Virus record (IMG/VR): IMGVR_UViG_3300046323_000419
Span: 36,364 to 100,363 of that record
From: a virus
Reading direction: 5' to 3' (one strand)
DNA length: 64,000 nucleotides
Shown piece after piece: positions 21,701 to 32,500 of the stretch; positions within the stretch are counted from its first letter, which is position 1; every line of letters begins with the position of its first letter. The notes under the pieces are model-generated. The model was not told the DNA's origin. It searched no databases and saw only the letters and a list, made by a program, of their open reading frames with translations. Position numbers and translations under genes: made by a program.

Positions 21701-21839
21701 TGTTAAAAGTCCCGATGGAACAGTTGTAACAGATCCTGATACTGGTAAACCTATGACTGGAGAAAAATTAAAAGAATTACAATCAACTAAGGATAAAAAA
21801 GCATTAGGTGGTTATTTAATAAAAAATAAAGTAAAATAA
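18720..21839 (+). CDS. Virion cargo (ejection) protein with N-terminal zincin-like domain, glycine-zipper segment and repeated AxGG motifs
   Basis: HERSH..WEAKAD; GGTHESSPIGGIPIG..VEQGET crAss-like cargo motif; GASAGAAFGPLGAGIGAAVGGLAGL hydrophobic hairpin. Confidence 0.7.
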   Translation: MLQPKKKSTNSEIKNSDIFYKEYLSSPKYKERLIKQKYNNPDKVINDRKSQSSKTKINEIPYLGQFTSKNTGSYFIPENNTIDYDAFDLKLYPGSNKEDIIVHERSHSAGALKYKKNNNLTLNENETKDINNKNKIKGDHEKNAWEAKADMDVLRYYLKKDNIYDTGTQDFTPELLNKSKNKYKDNTTIKRFLDRFSDKDAIYLMNNIAMNNEQKNEQVISAYGGEINTNMNRYAQGGDLTQFNTGGTHESSPIGGIPIGNNNFVEQGETKQDNFIYSNRIFLDENVISQYNLPKSLIGKSVADATKLIDNKFKGRNDKISQSTKNSMLSKIAEAQESMKPQEPEMEQSQEGDEQQLPEDMIDSNQMAWGGFTDSTIGQGFGEEATGAQKSAALSAGLGVATTTLDLGNVAFGKAAQDISGTAESGRVGGVGMIGGSAIKGASAGAAFGPLGAGIGAAVGGLAGLAGLGKARKAEALNTQRFAMNTNRSLSDNYSAMGGRIDPKKPTEQTVNTLQRGIDVAQLIGQKFFKKGPLSIVPGTVGSAFGVLDSFQNKRNINPADVIGLIPNPVTQILSETIDQGAREKRMTHEFAEKSRKINPKIELKETENTIKDTFGKRSYAEGGFIKQFAYDDKMNQMEDGGYYDKNNPYFMTNPGQIIPNNQQTVSSSQKVPFPKPPTADYDTNIIKNVHDAIGITPSMPGYGKEWGKKSNQAYYNSVINDKESMKNNPSFGKDFKTMTLTKNQMLQPNFPESAQKRFGLTKEGYKFTPETPIIPQREDPIITPTQTKAGFEAYYANAKQIEDTKKNRTLVGKGLSYANDNLGNLARYAPIAANALQLAQLKKPQGERLDRLGNRYKPEYVDEAQLQNIANQTMNNSVNAIGQSGASQGQLRSSIIGSQLQRTKALSDSYGQAAAQNRATNDRAQTFNLGVDSANLQQSNSEKDINARDQAAYRNAKREYITGIGEGIGDIGKEQTQKKIIAKTLGYKWDGEYVKSPDGTVVTDPDTGKPMTGEKLKELQSTKDKKALGGYLIKNKVK

Positions 21840-23668
21840 TGAATAGATACGATACCGCAAGTGTTGCTAAATTTTCACCATTATCTTTTCAGGAATTATC
21901 TGCTGCACCATTAGCAATGCGTCAAAAACACGATAGTTTAGATGCTCAAAGAGAATTATTAAGACAAGGATTAGCTAAAACTAATCCTCACGAAAAATAT
22001 TATGAAGAAGCAGTTAGATTAAAAGATGAATTAAATAATCAAATAACCTCTCAAGCTGAATTATTAGCTAAAGAAGGTGTTAATCCAAATAGTCAAGCTG
22101 ATTTTTTAAAATTAAATCGCGATTATCAAGAAACAATGTCACCTACTGGTAAATTAGGTATGATAAATGCTCACAATGTTAATTTACAATCTACTTATAA
22201 AAATTATATTGATGAAGCAATTAAAGCTAATCAATCTCCAGCAATGGCTAAATTACACGCAGATATGGCAATTAAAAAACATCTTCAACAACCTTTATAT
22301 GATGAAAGAGGTAGAGTAGTTGATTTTAGTGCTGGTAATGCTGCTCCAGAATATATGGATAATATTAAATGGATCAATGATTTAGCCGCCAATGTTGGTT
22401 TTGACAAAACTAGCTGGGCTCAAGCTAGTAGTGGCTTAAGTAAAAGTAATGACGGTACTAGATTTGTAGTTAATTCTAGTGCTAAAGGATTAACTAAAGA
22501 CAATGTTGAAAGATTAAATAGATTAGCAGAAAGAGCTAATAGTGAAGTATCAAATCCTACTAGTAGAATTAGACAAAATATTGATTATAATTTTCAAAAT
22601 CCACAAACAGAATTAAACAATATGTTAAATCATTTATATTCTAAACGTGAAAGAGAAGATGGTGTAACAGATAGAAGTTATTCTAAAGATAATCTTAATT
22701 GGAGTGATAAAGGAAAAGATAAGTTTAAAGATTCAGAATTACAAGGTTATAATTTAAGTGATGGTAAAACATTTGCAACAAATACTAATTTAATGAAAGA
22801 GGCTGGTTTAATTGGTGGAGGGTTTGATCAATTTACACCTGAAGAAAGAGCTAAACAAAGTGGTATTAATGCTCCATTATTTAAAGTTAATCCTACAGCT
22901 CAGTCTACGTCTACAACTAGATCCCCTGAATGGAAAAAATTAGCAAGTTCTATAAATAGAACGCTACCTTCTAATCAACGTTTTAAAGAAGGTTCTAAAG
23001 AGGAAGAGTCTGCAGTTAAAAAGTATTTAACTAAGTATGGTAATACCACAATTCAAAATAGAGTTGTAGACCCTTATAGTCACAACACAGGATTAATGTT
23101 TGCTGATGAAACTTTAAAAGACGTTACAAAAGCTCAACAAAATCTATGGAAAAGAGTTAAAAATGGTTCTTCTACATTAGTAGATGATGAAGGTAAAGAA
23201 TACACTAAAGACGAAATTGCAAAAATTTCTAAATTTTCGTATGACGGAGATTTAACAGCAGACTCAAACGTAAGCGTATTTACAAAAGATAAACGAAAAA
23301 ATTATATACCTCATTTTGGAACAATAGTTATAGGTACTGGAGATGATGCTAAACTTAAAAATGTTTATGTTTCTAGAAATTCTGATGATTTTGAAAAACC
23401 TCAATACAAGGGAGCGGTTGATAAAAATAAAATTAACAATATTGTAAAATCTGGACCAAATAGATACCATACTTTTAAAGTAGACGGTATAAAAGCTTTT
23501 AAAAATTATGGAATGAAAAATGTGGAAATGAAATATAATGAAGAAAGTAAATCTTATGATTTAAGTTTTATTGATCATAAAGGTCAAAATAGGGATTTAA
23601 AATTTCAAGACGATGAAAATGGTACTGCGGAAGCTCGTTTAAGTGAATTTTTAATAGAAGGTAATTAA
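21839..23668 (+). CDS. Virion cargo protein
   Basis: N-term MNRYD..FSPLSFQEL..PL..RQK typical of crAss-like second cargo gene; Cys-free. Confidence 0.6.
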   Translation: MNRYDTASVAKFSPLSFQELSAAPLAMRQKHDSLDAQRELLRQGLAKTNPHEKYYEEAVRLKDELNNQITSQAELLAKEGVNPNSQADFLKLNRDYQETMSPTGKLGMINAHNVNLQSTYKNYIDEAIKANQSPAMAKLHADMAIKKHLQQPLYDERGRVVDFSAGNAAPEYMDNIKWINDLAANVGFDKTSWAQASSGLSKSNDGTRFVVNSSAKGLTKDNVERLNRLAERANSEVSNPTSRIRQNIDYNFQNPQTELNNMLNHLYSKREREDGVTDRSYSKDNLNWSDKGKDKFKDSELQGYNLSDGKTFATNTNLMKEAGLIGGGFDQFTPEERAKQSGINAPLFKVNPTAQSTSTTRSPEWKKLASSINRTLPSNQRFKEGSKEEESAVKKYLTKYGNTTIQNRVVDPYSHNTGLMFADETLKDVTKAQQNLWKRVKNGSSTLVDDEGKEYTKDEIAKISKFSYDGDLTADSNVSVFTKDKRKNYIPHFGTIVIGTGDDAKLKNVYVSRNSDDFEKPQYKGAVDKNKINNIVKSGPNRYHTFKVDGIKAFKNYGMKNVEMKYNEESKSYDLSFIDHKGQNRDLKFQDDENGTAEARLSEFLIEGN

Positions 23669-23670
23669 TT

Positions 23671-26600
23671 ATGTTAAATAATAGAAAAAATATATATCCT
23701 AAAAAAGATTTAGATGCGGCTCTAGAAAAAATTCACAAAGTAGATAAAAAAACTAAACTAGATGCTTATTTAAATGAATCAGAAAACAAAACTTTCAGAA
23801 GTAATACAATTGGTAAATCTGATTATGATAAAAATTTAAATTTAGAAAATATTGATACTACTAATGAACAAACTATTGACACATCTATTAATGAACACCG
23901 CGCTAACGAACAATCTTGGCAAGCTCATTTAGGAATTGGTGCAGTTAGAACTGTTGCTAAAGCAGCTACAGAAGTAGCTAAACTTCCTGGAGTAATTGGT
24001 GGTATTGCAATGTCACCATTTGCTGATGAAAACGAAGGTTTTGAAACAGCATTTAACAATCAATGGATTAAATTCTTTGATGGTTTAAATGAAGATGTTA
24101 AAGAAGCTTTACCTGTTTATATAAAAGAGTCTGTTAAAAATGGTGATTTCTTTACAAAAATAGGTTCTTCTGCGTTTTATGCCACAGAAGGTGCTGATGG
24201 TGCGGGATTTATGTTAGGGGCTATGGCCCCTGGTGCATTATTTAAATTGTTTGGTGGTGCAAACGCATTATTTGGAGCATCTATTAAAGCTGCTAAATTA
24301 GCTAAATATGGTGAAGGAATTGAAGCTGGTAGAAAAGCTTTAAAAGCTGCTAATATTACTATTAAAAATATTGACCAATATATGATACCTGCTTTTAATA
24401 CCATTGCTGAATCTGGCGCAGAATCTAAAGGAGTTTGGGATGGTATGGAATCTAGAAAAGGTGACGCTCATAAAGAATATATGAGTAAATTAGATCCAAA
24501 TAATTCTAGATACCAACAAGCAATATCTTTAAAAAATGAACAGTTAGATCAATTAAGACGTTCTGGTGAAATATCAATAGAAGAATATAATCAACAATCT
24601 GCAAATATAGGTACGGTTGTAGCTGAAGAAATGTTTGAAAAAGATTTTAAAGAACAAAAAGCTTTAGCTGCTCAAAATTCATTTTTTAAAAACGTAGTTA
24701 TAGTAGCAGGTCCTAACTATATCCAAGCTAAGTTATTATTTGGTAAAACCCCATCTAAAGTTTTATTAGATAAAATTGGTGGTCTTGGTGAAAAAACTAT
24801 TAAAAATACTGTTAAACAAGGTGTTAAGAATTTTGCTAAAGGATTTGCATCAGAAGGAGCTGAAGAAGTTGGTCAAACAGCAGTTGAACATAGAAATATT
24901 GAACAAGGTTTAAAATTTAAACTTGGTGATGATATGGGTGATGATTATAATCCGTTAACCTTTGGGGAAGACTTTATTAAAACTTTAGGAACTACAGAAG
25001 GTCAAATTGCTGGATTTTTAGGTGGTATAATGGGAGCACCAATGTCAGCAGTAGGTGGTTATAAACAAGATGTTCGTGATAGAAAACAAACTGAAAGACT
25101 TCGTGAAAAAATCAATGGTGCTTCTACAGCTTACGCAGATATTAAGAATACTAATATTTACGAACAGGAAGAATATACTAATCCTGAAACAGGTGAAGTT
25201 GATTTTAGAGATAAAGAAGTTGATGGTAAAAAAGTATTTATACCTGAAAATGTTGCAAAAGTTAAAAAAGCTTTAGATTTAATTGAAAGAGACTCTCAAA
25301 TTTATGATAAAGCAATTGAAGAAGGTGATACTGAAACAATTGAAATGTTAAAAGGTAAAGCTGAGTTCAATCTTATTAATAAATTTATAGGTGAAGATGA
25401 AGTTACATTAGATGCTTTAGGTGAATATTTAAAAGTAGCATTTCCTACTCAAAAATCTGAAAATATTTCTGAAGAACAGATTAAATTAAATAAGGAAAAT
25501 CTTGAAAGAGTTGATAAAATAATGAAAAAAGCAACCTCTCTTCAAAAAGATTTAACTTCTTATAAAGATATGGCTGCTTCACTTATTAGAATTAATAATC
25601 CAGAAGTTACAGAAAAACATCTTACAGATTTTATGAATAGAGTAGCTAATACTTTTATATCTGAAAGAGCTGAAGAATTTGATGCTAAAGATAAATTAAA
25701 TAAGTTAGAAAAACAAAAATCGGATTTATTATCTAATTCTACAGTAATTGAAATTGATAATCCTAATTATATTGAAGGAATAAGTTCTGAATTAGATAAA
25801 ACAACTAAAACTAGAAGTAATAATCCTAGATTAGATTTAATTAATTCTCAAATCGCTAAAGTTAAAGAACAACTTAAAGATTTTGAAGAAGCTACAAATA
25901 GTACTATATGGGATAATGAATATTTAAATAATAAAATTAGTAATGAAGTTAAAGTTAGACAAAAACTTCAAAAAGCTACATCTCCAGAAGTAGTTGAAAA
26001 AGCTGATGAAGTTTTGCAAACAATTAATAATGCAACAACTCCTGAAGAATTAAATAATCTTCCTAAAACTAATACTCCAGCAGATACAGTAATTCAACAA
26101 AAAGCTGATAAAAAGAAAACTGAATTAAAAGCTGCTAAAGAAGCTGAAGAAGCTGGTGTTATAACTAATGCTAAAGAAGATGATAATGCTTTTAATGGTA
26201 CATCTACAACAGAAACTCATTCAACAGAAGGTTCTGATATATCTGATGAATTAACTCCTCAAACAGGTGAAAATACAACAGAAGAAGATGATAAGGAATC
26301 TAAATTAATAAATCCAACACAAGGTAAAGGTGTAAAACTTATTAGTTATGATAGGAAAAATAATGAAGTTTTTAGTTGGATTAAAGAACAATTTCCTGAA
26401 GGTTTAGCTTTTGAAAGAAATCCAATTAATAAAATAGGACAAGAAGTTAGTTTTGAAATTAATGAAAATCCTACTGGTAATAGTTCTGTTTTAGAAATTG
26501 AAAAAAGAAGAAAAAATGATATTGAAAGATATGATGAAAGTGATAAAAGAGGAATAGAAAAAATAAATCCTGATGCGGAAAGTACTAAAGGTTCACCTTT

Positions 26601-29532
26601 TAAAGTTGGAGCTAAATGGAATGATGGATATAAAGTAATTATTAATAGTAGTACTGCTGATGAAAACTATATTGGAAGGGATGACCCTTATATTGTTATT
26701 TCTAAAATAATAAAACCTGCACAATTTGACGAATCTGGAATAATGACAAAAGCTCCAGTTGTTGATGTAATGTTATTTAATACTAAAGAAGAAGCTGATA
26801 AATTTATAAAAGAAAGATTAGAAAAAGTAAAACTTTCAGCAGGGAAAAGACAAATTAAAGCAAATGAAAAATATGATGCAGAAATTAAAGCTTTACCTCA
26901 AAATAAATCTAAAGTATCTGAAGCTTTAACTGCTTTTAGTAATAAAGATTTTTCTAATATTCAATTATTGATAGATTACCTTCCAATTAACATTAAGTTA
27001 GCTGAAGGAGCTTATTTACCTATTGAAACAAGACGTGTTAATGGTGAAATGAATCCTGAAACAGAAATGTTAAGAAAATCATTAATAACTAATCTTATTA
27101 ATGGTATTCCTATTGAAAGTATGAATTCTACTATAACAGGTCAATATAAAGGTGTATTACAAGTTGAATCTCCAATTGCTGAAAATAGTCTTTTAGATTT
27201 AACTGGTGTTACAGATTTAAAGTATATTAAAGAAAATACTTATTTTGTAAATATTCACGGTCAATTAGAAAATATATTAACAGGTCAAACTAGAGCTTTT
27301 CAAAATAAATTTACTAAAGATTTAGATAGAACTAAAAATTATGCTGCTGGAGAAATCTATTTAATGATCCCACAAGCAGATGGCATATCTCAGTTTCCTT
27401 TAAAACTTAATATCAGTAAATTATCTATTGAAGAATCTGAAGGTTTATTTGAAATTTATAGAGAAATTTTAACACAAGATAAAGGTTCTAATACAACACT
27501 ATCTGAAATTAGTCCTGAATTGTTATCTATAATTCAAAATGTATTTGGAGAAGAATTAAAAGTAATTACAACACCTGCTAAACAAAAGGATATTAAATTA
27601 GGTGAAATTATAGATTTATTAGTTTATGAATCTGATAAAATTAAATCTAGAATTAATGTCACAGAAGGTATTTTATACTTTGGTGATAAATCTGCACATT
27701 CTGGTGAAATTGATGCTTTAAAAGAAGATATTATGTATTTCTTACATACTCAGAAAAGACATCAAATTAAGATTAGACCTAAATCTGCTGAAGATAATCA
27801 AAGAACTAACTTATCTGCAAATTCTGCAGATTATATTAAATATTTAGTAGAAAGTAAAATATTATCTACTAACGCAGTTGTTAATCAACCATTATTTCAA
27901 GGTTATACCAATTTATTTATAAGTCCTGCAATTACTACTAAAGGTGTTGAAATAAAATCTTCAAATATAAAAAATATTAACGATAAAATTGAAGAAATTG
28001 TAAATAGAGGTGAATCTGAAAAAATTTATAGAGATACTATTACAGAAGAAGATCGTAATAAAAAAATAGATTTTGATAGTTTAATGTCAAATATAAGTAA
28101 ATCTTTAACTGGTGAAAAAGAAGAAGAAATTTTAAAAGCCAATAAACTATTAAAACAATATTTAAAAGAAATTCATCCTGATAAAATTCAAAATTTAAAC
28201 AATAAAGAACTTTCAGAAGTAATAACTACAGCAATGATAATTGTTGCTAAAAAAGGAAATATTTCAAAAATAAACGAATTATATAATTTATATAATAATT
28301 CTTTATTAAAATCAAAACCCTCTACAAAAGTTAAAGAATATACAGAAACTGAAGTTATAGAAAGAATTAAAGGTATTAGAACTATTGATGAATTAAAAGA
28401 AGGTTATGAATCACTTTCTAAATCTGAACAAGATTTATATAAACCTTTATTTACAGAAAAAAGAATTAAAATTGAAAATAAAGGTGAAGTATCTAATTTG
28501 ATCATTGAAACTAAATTAGATATAAATGAAAATAAAGTTTTTATTCTTCAAACTGAATTAAATCAAAAACTAAAAGAACTTGAAAAAGAAAAAAACGAAA
28601 TAGAAAATTATTTAGTTAATAGATTTAGTCAGTCTCATAGTCTTAATAAGAACAATCCTCAAATAATTAATGCTTTTACGAGTAATTATCAAAGTTATTT
28701 AGAATCTAGTGATAAAGCTATTCAAGAACTTGGTAATAAAATGGAAACTTATTATGAATATGAAAACAATAAAAAATATTTAGAGCGTTCTTATTCTGGA
28801 AAAATAAAGGATATTAAAATTGAACTTGAAAAGGAATCATTTAAAGTATCTGATTCAGGTGCTGAAATAGCTAGTAATAACTTTGAAGGTTTAGATTTTG
28901 GTGATAATAAAGTTATTATTCAACCTATAGTAATTGAAAAAGATGATATAAAATCAATTCGTAAAATCATTCTTGAAGAAGAAGATTACCATTTAGCATC
29001 ATTAGAAATAGTAATTAATCGAGAATTAGAAAAAGGTATTTCAGAATATAATGTGATAAAAGCATTACTTAACGCAAGTAAATTAAATGATAAACAAGAT
29101 TCTTTTGGTGAAATATTACATTCAATAAAAATGAGAGATAATAATGAACGTAAAACACCTGGTGAAAAAAGAAAAAATGCTAAATATGACACTGAATTAG
29201 CTGCTTTAGAAAATAATTCAGATAATACTAGGAATATTGAAAATAATTCCGTATCTTTGCCAGAATCAACAACTGTAATAGAAGATTTAAGTGATTCTAA
29301 TAAATTTGTATCATCTTCAGATATCCCAAATACAGTTGAAAATAAACAGCAAATGGATAAACAAAATCAAGTGTTTAAAGAACCTAAAGGTTTAGAAGGT
29401 CAAAAAGATACTAAAACAATAGTTATGTTAAATGATAAAGTTGAAAAAGGAACTGCTACTGAAGCTAATCTTAAACAATTAGAAAGTCTTAAAGATAAAT
29501 ACGGAGAAGAATACATAAAAAAATGTAAATAA
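23671..29532 (+). CDS. Giant virion cargo/ejection protein (RNAP-associated)
   Basis: 1953 aa; Gly/Ala-rich membrane-like segments, SEGAEEVGQ motif; immediately upstream of virion RNAP. Confidence 0.7.
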   Translation: MLNNRKNIYPKKDLDAALEKIHKVDKKTKLDAYLNESENKTFRSNTIGKSDYDKNLNLENIDTTNEQTIDTSINEHRANEQSWQAHLGIGAVRTVAKAATEVAKLPGVIGGIAMSPFADENEGFETAFNNQWIKFFDGLNEDVKEALPVYIKESVKNGDFFTKIGSSAFYATEGADGAGFMLGAMAPGALFKLFGGANALFGASIKAAKLAKYGEGIEAGRKALKAANITIKNIDQYMIPAFNTIAESGAESKGVWDGMESRKGDAHKEYMSKLDPNNSRYQQAISLKNEQLDQLRRSGEISIEEYNQQSANIGTVVAEEMFEKDFKEQKALAAQNSFFKNVVIVAGPNYIQAKLLFGKTPSKVLLDKIGGLGEKTIKNTVKQGVKNFAKGFASEGAEEVGQTAVEHRNIEQGLKFKLGDDMGDDYNPLTFGEDFIKTLGTTEGQIAGFLGGIMGAPMSAVGGYKQDVRDRKQTERLREKINGASTAYADIKNTNIYEQEEYTNPETGEVDFRDKEVDGKKVFIPENVAKVKKALDLIERDSQIYDKAIEEGDTETIEMLKGKAEFNLINKFIGEDEVTLDALGEYLKVAFPTQKSENISEEQIKLNKENLERVDKIMKKATSLQKDLTSYKDMAASLIRINNPEVTEKHLTDFMNRVANTFISERAEEFDAKDKLNKLEKQKSDLLSNSTVIEIDNPNYIEGISSELDKTTKTRSNNPRLDLINSQIAKVKEQLKDFEEATNSTIWDNEYLNNKISNEVKVRQKLQKATSPEVVEKADEVLQTINNATTPEELNNLPKTNTPADTVIQQKADKKKTELKAAKEAEEAGVITNAKEDDNAFNGTSTTETHSTEGSDISDELTPQTGENTTEEDDKESKLINPTQGKGVKLISYDRKNNEVFSWIKEQFPEGLAFERNPINKIGQEVSFEINENPTGNSSVLEIEKRRKNDIERYDESDKRGIEKINPDAESTKGSPFKVGAKWNDGYKVIINSSTADENYIGRDDPYIVISKIIKPAQFDESGIMTKAPVVDVMLFNTKEEADKFIKERLEKVKLSAGKRQIKANEKYDAEIKALPQNKSKVSEALTAFSNKDFSNIQLLIDYLPINIKLAEGAYLPIETRRVNGEMNPETEMLRKSLITNLINGIPIESMNSTITGQYKGVLQVESPIAENSLLDLTGVTDLKYIKENTYFVNIHGQLENILTGQTRAFQNKFTKDLDRTKNYAAGEIYLMIPQADGISQFPLKLNISKLSIEESEGLFEIYREILTQDKGSNTTLSEISPELLSIIQNVFGEELKVITTPAKQKDIKLGEIIDLLVYESDKIKSRINVTEGILYFGDKSAHSGEIDALKEDIMYFLHTQKRHQIKIRPKSAEDNQRTNLSANSADYIKYLVESKILSTNAVVNQPLFQGYTNLFISPAITTKGVEIKSSNIKNINDKIEEIVNRGESEKIYRDTITEEDRNKKIDFDSLMSNISKSLTGEKEEEILKANKLLKQYLKEIHPDKIQNLNNKELSEVITTAMIIVAKKGNISKINELYNLYNNSLLKSKPSTKVKEYTETEVIERIKGIRTIDELKEGYESLSKSEQDLYKPLFTEKRIKIENKGEVSNLIIETKLDINENKVFILQTELNQKLKELEKEKNEIENYLVNRFSQSHSLNKNNPQIINAFTSNYQSYLESSDKAIQELGNKMETYYEYENNKKYLERSYSGKIKDIKIELEKESFKVSDSGAEIASNNFEGLDFGDNKVIIQPIVIEKDDIKSIRKIILEEEDYHLASLEIVINRELEKGISEYNVIKALLNASKLNDKQDSFGEILHSIKMRDNNERKTPGEKRKNAKYDTELAALENNSDNTRNIENNSVSLPESTTVIEDLSDSNKFVSSSDIPNTVENKQQMDKQNQVFKEPKGLEGQKDTKTIVMLNDKVEKGTATEANLKQLESLKDKYGEEYIKKCK
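29229..29259 (+). promoter_or_regulatory. Intragenic promoter TAGG-N19-TATCTTTG upstream of RNAP gene
   Basis: TAGG 29229-29232, TATCTTTG 29252-29259; shares ACTAGGAATA...CGTATCTTTG with the 18653 copy. Confidence 0.6.
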
Positions 29533-29534
29533 TT

Positions 29535-32500
29535 ATGAGTTGTAAGTTTATAGTAAACGGTACAGAATCAAAACTGTATGATAAAATATTAACAGCATTT
29601 AATGGAGATGAGGAGTTATCAAAAACTCTTCATTCTTCTTTTGCTAAAGATGATAAATTCATTAAAGAGTTTGGTGATTGGGATGATGCTTATAAAAATA
29701 GTTATGAAAATTTAGAAACCAAGTTATCTTATATAGACAGAACTGAAGATAATGGTGAACCAATGTTATATCAAAATGATAAAACTGGTGATTGGTATTA
29801 TTTAGATAAAGATTATAATAAAGTAATTCTTGTTGAGAATAAGAAAAGTTTAAATTCTTTATTTGAATATCAAGAAATTCAACAACTTACTAAAGTTTTA
29901 ACTAATGATTATTTTAAAAATCATTTAAAAGTTGATTTTAACAATATTGATTTAGAAAAAGAAACTGTTTCTATTAAAATGGCAGTTATTGCTAAACTTA
30001 GAGAAAGAATTGAATTTCTAAAAACTTCTGATGATGTTTATTTTGAAGATGTTGCAGATAGATTAGAAATAGCATTAAAAGATAATTTAAATGAAATTGT
30101 TGAAAATGTTAAAACTATTTTTGAACAAAATAAAATTAGTTATAAAGATAATTTAGATTCTGATGAAGATTCTAATTTATCTGAAATTGAGATTATAGAG
30201 AATCAAAAAGACCCTTCATATAATACTCAATCTAATGAAAAAAGTAGTAAAGAAGGTGTTACAGCTAATATTAAATTTAGATTATCATTAATTGAAGATG
30301 TTGAAAATTCAGATTATTTTTTAAATGATAAAGTATATATTGATTTTAATGTAATTCATAATGATTTATTAAGTCAATTATCAAATATTGTAGCATTAGA
30401 AAAAGATGGTGTACAAGAAGATAGATTTGAATTATTAAAAGCAGAAGTTTTAAAATTTGTAGGTAAAAAACCTTATTTTAAAGAACTTTATAGAATGTTA
30501 TCTGATCCAGATTTATCTGAAGAAATTAAAAATGAATTTTCATCTGCATTTAATTTACATCAAGGTAATTTAAATACATCTAAATTTAAAAGAGATAAAG
30601 ATGGTAATATAGAATGGTCTAATATTAATGCTGCACAATCTGCAAAGAAAGAAAATGATGTTTTATACGTTTGGGGAAATAATTTTAAAACTGATTTTGT
30701 TACTATTGATGGTGATAAATCATTTATAACTCCAGAGAATAAGAAAGTATTAAAATCTTATTCTGATAAACTTAATAAAATTAATGTACTTCAAGAAACT
30801 GCAGTAAATGATTTTATTGAAATATTAAGAGATTTAGGTGTTGAATCAACTATTCAAGGTTTTAATCATTATCTAGATGATTTAAAGCTAATTGGAAATG
30901 ATCCTGAAATATCTAATAAAATATTTAATAAAACTATAACAGGTTTAAAATATTTCTTTAAATCAATTGAAGATAATAAAATTTCTAATTTAGATGAAGC
31001 TTTTAATACTCAAACTATATTTAAAAATTTAGCTAGAGCTGAAGTATTTTATATGGCTGAAAATGCAGATTTTTCTGTATTTACAGGTGGTAAACAAAAA
31101 TGGACATTTTCATATCCGTCATTTTTATCAAATACAATAGAAGCTTGGAAAAAAGATAGAAATATATTATTAAATCATTATCAAGCATCTGAATATAATT
31201 CAGGTTCTTATAAGATGAAATATTTACTAGCATTTGGAGATACTTATGAAGTTGATGAATTAACTTTACCAGAAGCTCAAGAAGCAGCTAGAGTTGAAGA
31301 ATCTAAGAAAAGAATTAATGATATTAGTTTAGGTAGTTTTAATGTATTTCAAGAAGAAAAGGAAACTACTACAGAATCTGCAAATGTTAAAGAAATAAAT
31401 GAAAATCTATATATTTTAGATAATGTTAATAAAACTGTAGCTTTCATTAATGGTGGTTTATCTTACCATAGAGGTACTACACCTGCGGAAAAAGGTACTC
31501 AGTATGAAATATCTATGGGTGGAAATATATCCACAAATGCAAGATATGGTGGTGAATTTGGTATAGATTTTAATGAAGAAGCTTTAGATATAGTATTTGA
31601 ATACTTTGATTCTGAATATAGAAGAATGAGAGTTGAAAATGCTTTTATGGCTGATGAAAATAATAGTAATAAATTAATTACTTATTATCATTTGGGTGCA
31701 AAAAATGTTTTTAAATCACAGTTATTTCCATCATTAAGTCCTAATGAAATTGCTAATGCTGCTAAAGATTTTGGTAGCAATTTTCATTTAATATATGAAA
31801 ATGGTAATGCTTATTTAGAAACCTTAAAAGGTTCTGATTTTGAAGCAGATATTAAACGTTATATTAAAAAAGCATTAGTAGAAGATATTATAGATGTGGA
31901 TGGTACTTTAAGTAGTTTAGTAAAAGCTGGACTATTTGAACAAAATGCAGATAGTTCTTATAAAAATTTAGGAATTGATTCTAAAGTTTGGGATAAATAT
32001 GGTCAAGATCAAGCGCTTAAAGTAGCTACAGATTATTATATTAATTCTTTAATAGCACAAGTTGAATATTCTAAAATGTTTGCTGGAGATGTAGCTTATT
32101 ATAAAAATGGAGTTGATTATAAAAAACGTATTCCCGCTACATATACAGATGGTATTTATCAAAGACTTAATGATAAAAATAAGAATTTTACAATTGCAGT
32201 TATTGAAAGTGTAAATATCGCTAGTCCATTTCATCCAGCTATTGAAGAATTAGTTGGTGAAAAGATTGCAAAATATTATACAGATATTAATTCTGCTGAT
32301 GCTCAAGCTTGGATTACACCTGCTAGATGGAAAAATCTTATTGAAAGTTTAGGTAAATGGAATTCAATATATCAATCAGCTTATGATAAATTAGAAGGTA
32401 TTAATAATGAACCTTTTACTGAAAAAGAGTTAAAGAAAGTAGCTCAACCTTTAAAAGGTGTTTACTTTCAAAATATTAATGGACAACCTGTGTTTTTAAA

